Positions 19,073 through 27,681 of a stretch of 64,000 nt of DNA are shown one piece after another. The position numbers were made by a program, and so were the translations under genes. The notes under the pieces were generated by a model. It searched no databases, was not told where the DNA came from, and saw only the letters and a list, made by a program, of their open reading frames with translations. Positions within the stretch are counted from its first letter, which is position 1, and each line of letters starts with the position of its first letter. The stretch is from Candidatus Latescibacterota bacterium (GTDB taxonomy: Bacteria; Latescibacterota; UBA2968; GCA-2709665), in contig OZ244937.1 of the NCBI GenBank assembly GCA_965222075.1, forward strand, positions 2,176,001-2,240,000. Reading direction: 5' to 3'.

Positions 19073-19363
19073 ATGACCAGGGATGAAATCCTGAACGCGC
19101 TCCGAACGCACAAGGCGACCCTTGCGCAACGCTTTGGTGTCACGAAACTCGCCTTGTTCGGATCGGTTGTTCGCAACCAGCTATCCAAAGACAGTGATGT
19201 CGACATCCTGGTTTCATTCCAGGGGAGGGCTGACTGGCGCCGATATTTCGGCGTCCAGTTTTACCTTGAGGATCTGCTTGGCCGCCCTGTCGATCTGGTG
19301 ACGGACAAGGCTCTGCGAGTGGAATTACGTCCCTATGTGGAGCGGGAGATCGTCAATGTCTGA
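19073..19363 (+). CDS. MNT nucleotidyltransferase antitoxin (MNT-HEPN)
   Basis: LFGS, SDVDILV, VDLVTDKALR.ELRPYVERE. Confidence 0.9.
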   Translation: MTRDEILNALRTHKATLAQRFGVTKLALFGSVVRNQLSKDSDVDILVSFQGRADWRRYFGVQFYLEDLLGRPVDLVTDKALRVELRPYVEREIVNV

Positions 19364-19409
19364 CGCCGACCAAGAAGCGCGTAGCTGGCGGCACTGCAAA
19401 ATCTGCTGA
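19356..19409 (+). pseudogene. HEPN/DUF86 toxin 5' stub
   Basis: MSDADQEARSWR, overlapping the MNT stop as in MNT-HEPN pairs; stops after 17 aa. Confidence 0.55.
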
Positions 19410-19446
19410 ACACGGCCAAAGCGGCCCCGCGTAAAATGAGGAATCC

Positions 19447-19920
19447 ATGAGAGAGAAAGTTTATCTCGAAACGACAGTGATTAGCTATCTGACTGCTTGG
19501 CGAAGTCCACAACTCTTGATGGCAGCACATCAAGAAGCAACGCGAATTTGGTGGGACGAACAGAAAAATAGCTTCGACATATTTACGTCAGAGGCAGTCA
19601 TTGAAGAAGCGTCAGCAGGCGATCCTGAGGCCGCGCAACGGCGACTTTCAGTGCTAGAGGATATTCCTGAACTCGATATCACCGATAACGTCCGCGATTT
19701 AGCCAAGTCGTTACTTGCCAATACTCCATTACCCGAAAAAGCCCAAATTGATGCACTACACATCGCTGTGGCTACTGTTCATGGGATGGACTATTTACTG
19801 ACATGGAACTGCTGCCATATTGCCAATGCAACTTTCCGCCACCGAATTGATACTGTTTGCGAATCCGCTGGTTACCAAGCACCCATTCTTTGCACACCTC
19901 TCGAATTAATGGAGGTATAA
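19447..19920 (+). CDS. PIN-domain (VapC-like) toxin
   Basis: VYLETTVISYL, DALHIAVA, DYLLTWNC.HIAN, ICTP.EL. Confidence 0.88.
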   Translation: MREKVYLETTVISYLTAWRSPQLLMAAHQEATRIWWDEQKNSFDIFTSEAVIEEASAGDPEAAQRRLSVLEDIPELDITDNVRDLAKSLLANTPLPEKAQIDALHIAVATVHGMDYLLTWNCCHIANATFRHRIDTVCESAGYQAPILCTPLELMEV

Positions 19921-19924
19921 GCTC

Positions 19925-20101
19925 ATGCAACCAGACCCAATCGTCGAAGAAGTCCGTAAGATACGCGATGCGTATGCTAAGAAATTCAACTATGACCTGG
20001 ATGCGATTTGTCGAGATTTACAAGAGAAGCAGAGGCTGGGCAAAAAAAGAGTGATTTCTTTGCCACCTAAACGCCCGAGAAAAATGAATGGCAGTGGCTA
20101 G
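19925..20101 (+). CDS. small putative antitoxin of the PIN gene
   Basis: Manual translation MQPDPIVEEVRKIRDAYAKKFNYDLDAICRDL... (58 aa); GGAGG RBS at the end of the PIN gene. Confidence 0.75.
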   Translation: MQPDPIVEEVRKIRDAYAKKFNYDLDAICRDLQEKQRLGKKRVISLPPKRPRKMNGSG

Positions 20102-20220
20102 TGCATCGCGGTGTAAATCTTTACACATGACAGCACTGCGGCTAATCTACTTGAGTCCCACGTTTTGGCGGAACTACATGGCGATCAGGGAAATGGGTAA
20201 TAACTTTCGCCACGATGCAC
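20101..20220. mobile_element. 120-bp MITE-like element
   Basis: 18-bp imperfect terminal inverted repeats (GTGCATCGCGGTGTAAAT vs GTGCATCGTGGCGAAAGT, 14/18), flanked by a CTA direct repeat. Confidence 0.5.
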
Positions 20221-20320
20221 CTAGTATCCGAAAAGCTTCGTTGCGTTGTTATAAATCGTGGAAATCCTACGAATGTCAGATGTTGATAAACTTCGACTCT
20301 TATTGTCAAAGAGATGTCCC

Positions 20321-20386
20321 ATTTCCAGCGCTGAACAACTCAAGGCATTGTTGAAGTCGCATTTGGAAGGCGACGACGAGCGCTTC
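20321..20386 (+). pseudogene. 5' stub of an AAA+ ATPase (IetA-like)
   Basis: ISSAEQLKALLKSHLEGDDERF resembles the N-terminus of AAA ATPases paired with S8 proteases; ATT where ATG is expected. Confidence 0.55.
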
Positions 20387-20423
20387 GTTTTATGAACCGA
20401 TCAGATCACGCAGCGAATCCTTG

Positions 20424-20512
20424 CGTCCCTTTGACAAACCGGCCTCCGGCGGATCGCCGTCAAGGTCATCAACCACCTCGGTGACGAGGTCATGAAGGTA
20501 TTTCGCACATGA
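20424..20512 (+). pseudogene. 3' stub of Type III Mod, third fragment
   Basis: RPFDKPASG-(frameshift)-IAVKVINHLGDEVMKVFRT*, overlapping the DUF262 ATG. Confidence 0.75.
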
Positions 20513-22224
20513 ATTTCAACACGACCAACAACACGTTTCGCCAATTAATGGGCAATGGGCTGAGTTATCGCGTTCCGAAGTTTCAACGCGATTATTCCTG
20601 GGGCCTCGACGAATGGGACGACCTGTGGCAGGACATTGTTGCGCTGTTCGGCGAGGACCCGGAACCCGCTCATTACCTGGGCTATCTGGTACTGCAATCA
20701 GCGGACAATAGGACGTTCGACATCATCGATGGACAGCAGCGCATGACCACGCTGAGCCTGTTGATGCTGGCGTCGGTGGCGCATCTGGCGGACCTGGCGC
20801 CGCCGGGTGATCCGGATGACCCGCAACATCGGCGCGCTGAGCAGTTGCGTAGCAACTACATCGGCTACCTGGACCCGGTGAGCCTGGTATCGCGCTCCAA
20901 GCTAACGCTGAATCGGCATAACGATCGCTTTTACCAGAATTACCTGGTACCCCTGGAGCATCTGCCGCAAAGAGGCTTGAACGCCTCGGAACATCTACTG
21001 CGCCGGGCGTTTCTCTGGTTTAAGGAGCGCACCAAAGAACGATCAGGTGATGACGGTGAATCGGTGGCGCGCTTTGTCGATGTCGCGGTGGATAAGCTGT
21101 TCTTTACAATCATCACCGTGACTGACGAATTAAATGCCTTCAAGGTGTTCGAGACGCTAAACGCTCGCGGCGTGCGCTTGTCCGCCACCGATTTGCTGAA
21201 GAATTACTTGTTTTCCGTCGTCTCGCGTGGCAATCCGCACGAATCGGAGATCAACACCTTGGAAGATCGATGGGAGGGTATCGTCGGGCTGCTGGGCAGT
21301 GAGAGCTTTCCCGAGTTCTTGCGGGTCTTCTGGAACAGCCGCAACAAACTGGTACGCAAGGCGGACTTGTTCAAAGTCATTCGCCACGCGATCTACGATA
21401 GGTCCAAAGCGTTTGAACTGATCCGCGACATGGACAGGAGCGCCCGGGTGTATGCGGCCTTGCGCAGCCCGGAGGACGACTCCTGGACAGCAGAGGAACG
21501 CGCCAGCCTGGCCCAGTTGCAGATGTTCAACGTGCGTCAGCCGTTAGCATTACTGTTGGCGGCATTTGAGCGATTCGAGGAAGACGACCGCGCCGGCTTT
21601 GGACGTCTTCTGCAGGCTATCGCGGTAGTGTCGTTTCGATACAACGTGATTTGTAGCCGCCAAAGCAACGAGCAGGAGGTTGTATATAACCAGATTGCCC
21701 GAGAAATTTCGGCAGGCCGGATTGACAGCACGGCCGCAGCGATTGCGGAACTGCGGCCTGTCTATCCCGAAGATGCGGAATTCAGGGCGGCGTTTGCAGA
21801 CAAGGCGCTGCGGACCACCAGTAGCCGCAACAATAAAGTCGTGCGCTTTATCCTGTTTCGGCTTGAAGTACAGTTGTCGGGACAGCGCTTTGAATTCGAG
21901 AGCGCGAAATACGGCATCGAACATGTGTTGCCGGAGAATCCCGGCGGTGACTGGGAGCAGTTTGATGACCAGCAGCGAGAGGCGTCTACCTACCGTCTGG
22001 GTAACATGACCCTCATGGTGACCGCGGACAATCGCAATCTGGGAAACGCGGGATTCGCCGAAAAACGACCGGTTTACCATGAGAGTAACTTCGCCATCAC
22101 CCGCAGGCTGGCAGAAGACTACGACACTTGGACCGTGGAGAAGATTCGCACACACCAAGCCTGGATGGCGAAACAGGCTACGGGCATATGGCGAATCAAT
22201 CTCTGATGAGAAATGCGATTTCGC
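20453..22224 (+). repeat. ~1.77 kb direct repeat, copy 2
   Basis: Collinear with 11672..13443. Confidence 0.95.
20509..22206 (+). CDS. DUF262-DUF1524 protein (GmrSD-like), copy 2
   Basis: Same length (565 aa) and motifs as copy 1. Confidence 0.9.
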   Translation: MNFNTTNNTFRQLMGNGLSYRVPKFQRDYSWGLDEWDDLWQDIVALFGEDPEPAHYLGYLVLQSADNRTFDIIDGQQRMTTLSLLMLASVAHLADLAPPGDPDDPQHRRAEQLRSNYIGYLDPVSLVSRSKLTLNRHNDRFYQNYLVPLEHLPQRGLNASEHLLRRAFLWFKERTKERSGDDGESVARFVDVAVDKLFFTIITVTDELNAFKVFETLNARGVRLSATDLLKNYLFSVVSRGNPHESEINTLEDRWEGIVGLLGSESFPEFLRVFWNSRNKLVRKADLFKVIRHAIYDRSKAFELIRDMDRSARVYAALRSPEDDSWTAEERASLAQLQMFNVRQPLALLLAAFERFEEDDRAGFGRLLQAIAVVSFRYNVICSRQSNEQEVVYNQIAREISAGRIDSTAAAIAELRPVYPEDAEFRAAFADKALRTTSSRNNKVVRFILFRLEVQLSGQRFEFESAKYGIEHVLPENPGGDWEQFDDQQREASTYRLGNMTLMVTADNRNLGNAGFAEKRPVYHESNFAITRRLAEDYDTWTVEKIRTHQAWMAKQATGIWRINL

Positions 22225-22448
22225 ATCGTCGACACCTTCACCGACAGCCGCCCCGAAAAGCGCCTCACAAAATTCAACACCACCCTCCTCTCCCGCCTGA
22301 ACCTGACCTCTCCCAAACGCTTCGCCTTCAACGCCAGCGACGGGACCGAGGTCGAGGGCTGGATCATGCTCCCCCCGACTCTCGCCGCAAAAAACACCCC
22401 GCCATCCTGGAAATCCACGGCGGCCCCCGCACGGCCTACGGCCTCGGC
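22213..22448 (+). pseudogene. phzF-like 5' stub fused to an internal copy of the S9 peptidase gene
   Basis: MRFRIVDTFTD (PhzF-like N-terminus), then 22247..22448 matching 10589..10791 with a 1-bp deletion and substitutions. Confidence 0.8.
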
Positions 22449-22575
22449 AATGGATACCGATCACACTGGAATCAGATGTCGTTGATCCTTTCGAAAGTGT
22501 TCGCGCAACGCCCGGCGATACTGTTCAAACTCTTCGTTTCTTTCCCGGCAGGTGTCGCTGGATCAGAATCGTATG

Positions 22576-23442
22576 TTATTCCCCCACCACGTCCTCCAGT
22601 GCCTTCAGAACCGGGTCCAGGTCAAACACGTATCCGAACATCAGCGACAGCCGCCACAGCGCGATCTGCTTCGCCCACTCATCCGTACAGCTCTCCGCAT
22701 TCTCCACCGCTGTCGTCGCCTGCCGGATCGTGGAGCAGACGTATCCCATCCGGCTCATATCGATCATCCCTCCCGGGCTGGCCAGCAGGCACCAGTTGAT
22801 CGCAAACCCCACGTAAATCAGGTTCCAGATCCCCCGCTCCCGGCACGCCGCGTTGAGCTGGTGCGAGTTGATCACCACCGCCTCCCCCGGTTCCGGCATC
22901 GCCTGCGGCGCAAAATCAATATATTTGAACCCCGCCGCAATATCGGCATTATTGTGCGCCCCCTGCGTCTGCACTCCCCGCTCCTCCCCCCACTGCTTCC
23001 GAAGCGCATCCTCCACCGCCCCGGCCGGCCGTTCGGGCGGGGGGCCCGCCATCTCTCTGATCCGCCGGTACTCCTCATACTGCTCCGTATAACTCTCCCC
23101 CGACGCCACGTGCATCACCGTCAACCCCGCTTTGCGCGCCGCTCCCAAAAGCGGCGGAAAAATCTTCTCAGAAATCTCCATCGCCCTGGGCAGGTACTCC
23201 ACCACCCGGAACCAGCCCACGTAGGGCGAATCCGGCCCGGCCGGAATCTCATCCACCAGCCCCGGATTCCACGCATGCATACTCACCAGCGCCGTCTTTT
23301 CAAACGGCACATCTAAAATCCGCGTCGTCCACCCCGAAAACCCCCGTCCCGGAATATCCGCCCCTACATCCGCATCGTGCTGCCGGTAATAATGCGCCGG
23401 CAACCTCAGAATCTTACCCATAATTTCCTCCTGTCTCCCCAA
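22576..23442 (-). CDS. isochorismatase / cysteine hydrolase family protein
   Basis: TALV, LIYVGFAINWC (catalytic Cys); start uncertain (possibly MGKILR). Confidence 0.7.
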   Translation of the reverse strand: MGRQEEIMGKILRLPAHYYRQHDADVGADIPGRGFSGWTTRILDVPFEKTALVSMHAWNPGLVDEIPAGPDSPYVGWFRVVEYLPRAMEISEKIFPPLLGAARKAGLTVMHVASGESYTEQYEEYRRIREMAGPPPERPAGAVEDALRKQWGEERGVQTQGAHNNADIAAGFKYIDFAPQAMPEPGEAVVINSHQLNAACRERGIWNLIYVGFAINWCLLASPGGMIDMSRMGYVCSTIRQATTAVENAESCTDEWAKQIALWRLSLMFGYVFDLDPVLKALEDVVGE

Positions 23443-24657
23443 TCAAACAACCCCTTCTCTGCGCAATCCCTCAATCTCCTCAATCGACATCTCCAGGTAC
23501 CCTCCCAGCACCTCCTCCGTGTGTTCTCCCAGCTTCGGACCTCGCTGGTGTTCAACGCTCGCATCGCTGATCTGAATCGCGTTCGCCACCACGCGTACCA
23601 CCCCGAAATCCGGATGTGGAAGCTCGAGTATCATCTCATCTTCGGCCACCTGCGGGTCCCGGAACGCCTCTTCCACCGTATTGACAGGGGCGCATGGAAC
23701 CTGTCCTTTGAGCAGGTCCAGCCACTCGGCCGTCGGTTTCTGCCGCGACAGATCCTTCAGCATCGGCACCAGCGCTTCCCGGTTTTCCAGGCGGTTCGCA
23801 AAACTCCGAAAACGGGGGTCGTCGGCCAGTTCCGGCGCACCCAGAATCCGCACCAGGTTTTGATAGAACTTCTCCTTGGCGCACATCACCACAAGCCATC
23901 CGTCCTGTGTGGGCAGCACCTGGGACGGGATCTGCGACGGGTGCGAAGAATCCGCCATCCGCTGCGGCTGATAACCTCTGGTCAGATGCCACGCCCCGAC
24001 GTATCCCAACTGGGAAAGCGCCGTATCGAACAGGTTTACGTCCACATCGCACCCCAGGCCGGTCTCACGGGCGCGCAGAACCGCGCTGATCAGCCCCAGG
24101 GACGCCATCACCCCCCCGTTCAAATCGACCAGCGACAGCCCCGTCTTCTGCGGCGGCGTTCCCGGTTCGCCCGTCAAACTCATCCAGCCGGCATACCCCT
24201 GCATCAGATAATCGTACCCCGGCTCATCCGCGCGGGCGCCGGTGCGGCCGAACGCGGACAGGGAACAGCACACAACCGACCGCTTCACCCCTCCCAGCGC
24301 AGCGTAGTCCAGCCCCAGTTTGGCCGGCAGATCCCCCCGTAAATTGTTGAACACCCCATCTGAAACCCTCACCAGGGGATACAGCACCTCCCGCACCCTC
24401 GGATGCTGCAGATTCAGCGTCATGCTTTTCTTATTCCGGTTAAAACTCTGAAAATAGATACTGTCCTGCTCCACCGTATAGGGCGGAACATACCGGGCCA
24501 CATCCCCCTCCGTTCCGGGATTCTCGATCTTGATGACCTCCGCGCCCAGATCCGCCAGCATCATCGTCGCCCAGGGCCCCGCCCCGAACTGCTCAACCGA
24601 AATGATCCGCACCCCGTCTAAGGGCGGACGGGCGCCTGTCCTGTTTTGATCTCTCAA
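23443..24657 (-). CDS. family III CoA-transferase (CaiB/BaiF)
   Basis: AGPWATMMLADLGAEVIKIE, NRNKKS, GYD motifs. Confidence 0.92.
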   Translation of the reverse strand: MRDQNRTGARPPLDGVRIISVEQFGAGPWATMMLADLGAEVIKIENPGTEGDVARYVPPYTVEQDSIYFQSFNRNKKSMTLNLQHPRVREVLYPLVRVSDGVFNNLRGDLPAKLGLDYAALGGVKRSVVCCSLSAFGRTGARADEPGYDYLMQGYAGWMSLTGEPGTPPQKTGLSLVDLNGGVMASLGLISAVLRARETGLGCDVDVNLFDTALSQLGYVGAWHLTRGYQPQRMADSSHPSQIPSQVLPTQDGWLVVMCAKEKFYQNLVRILGAPELADDPRFRSFANRLENREALVPMLKDLSRQKPTAEWLDLLKGQVPCAPVNTVEEAFRDPQVAEDEMILELPHPDFGVVRVVANAIQISDASVEHQRGPKLGEHTEEVLGGYLEMSIEEIEGLRREGVV

Positions 24658-24733
24658 ACCCGCCTCTCCTGAGGGTCGGCCATCTTACGCACCCCTGCCT
24701 GGATTGCCAAATCCGGCAAGCGCAAAGCCCCGA

Positions 24734-25588
24734 TCAGCTCGCCCCTTCATGCAGTTCCAGAATCCGCCGTGCCCGCTTGACAACCGGAAGATCGACCATC
24801 CGGCCGTCTGCGGCAATCGCCCCCCCACCTTCTGCTTCAAACGTGGCCACCACGCGCCGTGCCTGTTCAACCTCTTCATCCGTTGGACGATATACCCGGT
24901 GAACAACCTCGATCTGCCCGGGGTGAATCACGGCCTTGCCGGTAAATCCGAGTTCGCGGGCCCTGCGCGTCTCCCCGGCCAGTCCATCCGGATCTCGAAT
25001 ATCTAAGTAGACCCTGTCAACCGCCTGGAGGTGCACGCTGGCCGCCGCCACAACAACCGCCGACCGGGCGTAGAGCATCTCGCCGGCTGCCCCTTTCCCG
25101 GTCGAAAAAATCCCCAGGTCCAGCGCGAAATCCTCCGCTCCGAACATCAGCCCGACCAGCCTGGGACAGGCAGCGGCAATCGCCGGCGCCTGGACCAGGC
25201 CCAGGGCGCTCTCGATCGTCGCCAGCAGACGCACACTGCCCTGCGGGAGTCCCGCTGCAGGCTCCCGCTCGCTCAGGGCCGTATCGACTAAGCGCACATC
25301 GTCGGGCCGTTCCACTTTCGGCAGCGCCAGTCCGTACAGACCCGGCCGGATCACCTCCTGCAGATCCGCATCCAGTTCAGCGTGTCCGGCAGCATGCGTG
25401 CGCACAAGACGATGGGCCTTCCCCGGAACGCTATCCAAAGCTGCGCCCACCCGTTCTCGAGCCGTATCCACCGCATCGGGCGGCACCCCGTCCTCTAAGT
25501 CGAATATCACGGCATCCGGCTCCAGGCCGAGGGCCTTGTCGATCATCCTCTGCCGGTGTCCGGGCACAAACAGCCAGGACCGCATCAT
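24734..25588 (-). CDS. CitE-like CoA-ester lyase (HpcH/HpaI aldolase family)
   Basis: RSWLFVPG, IFDLEDGV, LPKVE, FGAEDF, GKAVIHP. Confidence 0.9.
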   Translation of the reverse strand: MMRSWLFVPGHRQRMIDKALGLEPDAVIFDLEDGVPPDAVDTARERVGAALDSVPGKAHRLVRTHAAGHAELDADLQEVIRPGLYGLALPKVERPDDVRLVDTALSEREPAAGLPQGSVRLLATIESALGLVQAPAIAAACPRLVGLMFGAEDFALDLGIFSTGKGAAGEMLYARSAVVVAAASVHLQAVDRVYLDIRDPDGLAGETRRARELGFTGKAVIHPGQIEVVHRVYRPTDEEVEQARRVVATFEAEGGGAIAADGRMVDLPVVKRARRILELHEGAS

Positions 25589-25634
25589 CACCCAACCCCC
25601 TGCCCCCCTTCCCTGCAAGGAAGGGAGAACCGGT

Positions 25635-26150
25635 CTATCCTTCGTCTATCTCAGGGAAGCGGTCTTGCGAGTTGTTCCGCTTGTAGACCATGATACCACG
25701 CACAAAATCGATCACAACCTTGCCATCCTGATTGATCCCCCGCGACCGAACCTTGACAATACCCGCCTCCGGGTAGGACTTCGACTCCCGCTTCGACAGC
25801 ACCTCGGTCTCGCAATAGAGCGTATCCCCCACAAAAACCGGATTTGGGAGCCGGACCTCTTCCCAACCCAGATTCGCCATTGCGTTTTCACTCACATCCG
25901 TCACACTCATGCCCACCACCAGGGCCAGGGTAAACGTGCTGTTGACCAGGATCTGTCCCCACCTGGACTGCTCGCTGTACCGGGCGTCAAAATGCAGCGG
26001 ATTTGTATTCAGCGTCAGGTGGGTGAACAACAGATTGTCCGCCTCCGTCACCGTGCGGCCGAACCTGCTCCGGTACACATCTCCGACTTCAAAATCCTCG
26101 TAGCACCTTCCCTCCCATCCCGTTTTGATCCTCTTCTTAGACCCTGCCAT
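25635..26150 (-). CDS. MaoC-like enoyl-CoA hydratase (RipB/Ich-like)
   Basis: GRCYEDFEVGD, RTVTEADN, NTNPLHFD, PVFVGDT. Confidence 0.88.
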   Translation of the reverse strand: MAGSKKRIKTGWEGRCYEDFEVGDVYRSRFGRTVTEADNLLFTHLTLNTNPLHFDARYSEQSRWGQILVNSTFTLALVVGMSVTDVSENAMANLGWEEVRLPNPVFVGDTLYCETEVLSKRESKSYPEAGIVKVRSRGINQDGKVVIDFVRGIMVYKRNNSQDRFPEIDEG

Positions 26151-26317
26151 GCCACGCCCTTTCTCAGGTCTGTCTGCTCCCATCCGCCTGAAAACCGGAA
26201 GTTACCGCATGCAAAATGCAAATATATAAACGTGGATATTTGAAAACAATACCGTATATTATAGCGTTTTGCCCCGGCCCATCCAACCGATTTTCGACAA
26301 CCCGTTTGGAATCTTTA

Positions 26318-27538
26318 ATGTCCGACACCGCGCCTTCACCCTCCGGCCTCCTCACCCGTGGATTCGTCGCCCTGCTCATCGTCTCCTTCTTCTCCAGTTT
26401 CATCTCCTCTCCCCTCTACTCGCTCCTGCCGGTCTATGTGGACAAAGCGCACCTCGGATCTCCCCTCTTTGCCGGCTTTCTGAAAGCGCTCTTCCTCATC
26501 CTGGGCGGGCTCTTCGCTGTCCCCGCGGGCATGCTCTGCGACATGCTCGGCGTCAAGCGCATACTCATCCTGGGCATTGTTGGCCCGCTGCTTGCAGGCT
26601 TCATCTTCCTCACCGGCGACCCCCTCATCCTGGTTGCGCTCTGTATCGGCCTGGGCGCCACCTTCGGCTTCAGCAGCACCGGCGGACAGAGCTACCTCTT
26701 GGGCGCCGTCTCCCCCTCCGTGATTGGCCTCGCCTCCGCCGGCTACTTCTTAGGCAGCACCCTCGGCACCGCGTCGGGCAGCCTCTTTGCAGGCCCCATC
26801 GCAGACGCCCTGGGCTATCAAGCGCTTGGTATGGTCGCCTGTATCGCCTCTGTCTGTCTCATCGCCGGCGCCCTCTTCCTCCTCCCTGAACTCCCGCGTA
26901 GCGGCGAAAGCATCCGCTCCGTATCCCGCTCCTTCGCCGGCTACCTGAGTCTCCTCCGCCGCCGGGAAGTTCGCCTCCTCCTTGGCATCCGCTACCTTCC
27001 CACCTGCTACTGGGGCGCCGTCACCCTCCTTGTTCCGCTCCTCATCTCCCGCATCTCCGGCACCAACACGTCGGCAACGACCTACACCGCGATCAGCCTC
27101 ACCGTCGCCGGCGCCTTCCAGATCCTCACCGGCCGCCTCTGCGACCGCATCGGCCGGTGGCGCCCCATCCTCATCTCCGCTGCCTGCGTCGCCCTCAGCG
27201 CCCTGGGGCTCGCCCTTACGGCCCACACCCTCCCTGGGCTCTACATCTTCGGCGTCATCGCCTCCGCCTCCGCCTGGTCCCTCTCCACCACCATGCCGGG
27301 CCTCCTCAAGCTCACCGCACGAGACGGCGAAGAAGGCCGGGTCGTCGGCATCGCCCACGTCGCCTGGAGCGCCGGCATGCTCTCCGGCAACTTAGGCGGC
27401 GGCAAACTCATCGAATGGGGCCCCACCCTCCCCTTTGGTATCGCCGTCGTCCTCTGCGTGGGCGCCGTCGCCTGCGGCGTGGGCCTCTACCGCGTCCACC
27501 GTGCAGCCGACCCGCCGCCTGGCGCCCCTTCCAAATAA
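26318..27538 (+). CDS. MFS transporter
   Basis: About 12 hydrophobic segments; G.LCD..G.R motifs in both halves. Confidence 0.88.
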   Translation: MSDTAPSPSGLLTRGFVALLIVSFFSSFISSPLYSLLPVYVDKAHLGSPLFAGFLKALFLILGGLFAVPAGMLCDMLGVKRILILGIVGPLLAGFIFLTGDPLILVALCIGLGATFGFSSTGGQSYLLGAVSPSVIGLASAGYFLGSTLGTASGSLFAGPIADALGYQALGMVACIASVCLIAGALFLLPELPRSGESIRSVSRSFAGYLSLLRRREVRLLLGIRYLPTCYWGAVTLLVPLLISRISGTNTSATTYTAISLTVAGAFQILTGRLCDRIGRWRPILISAACVALSALGLALTAHTLPGLYIFGVIASASAWSLSTTMPGLLKLTARDGEEGRVVGIAHVAWSAGMLSGNLGGGKLIEWGPTLPFGIAVVLCVGAVACGVGLYRVHRAADPPPGAPSK

Positions 27539-27681
27539 GTTGATTCGCCCCCTCCAATTCGTATATTGTACGGACAGCATCCAAACGCCACCGGATCACC
27601 CTCCCCTGCCTGGCGCACGCGCCCGACGCCGTACTCGTGCCCCGCGTGGTATGGAAGACAGATCGCTACCGGGAGGTCGGA

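Noticed and set aside
20088-20354. 88-aa ORF
   Set aside because: Runs across the MITE-like element and an out-of-frame ATPase stub; no motif
11672-22224. Composite transposon or prophage interpretation of the island
   Set aside because: The repeats encode DUF262 proteins; no transposase, integrase or phage genes are present
22128-22799. 223-aa ORF containing IHGGP
   Set aside because: Produced by the frameshifted S9 duplicate and antisense to the cysteine hydrolase gene
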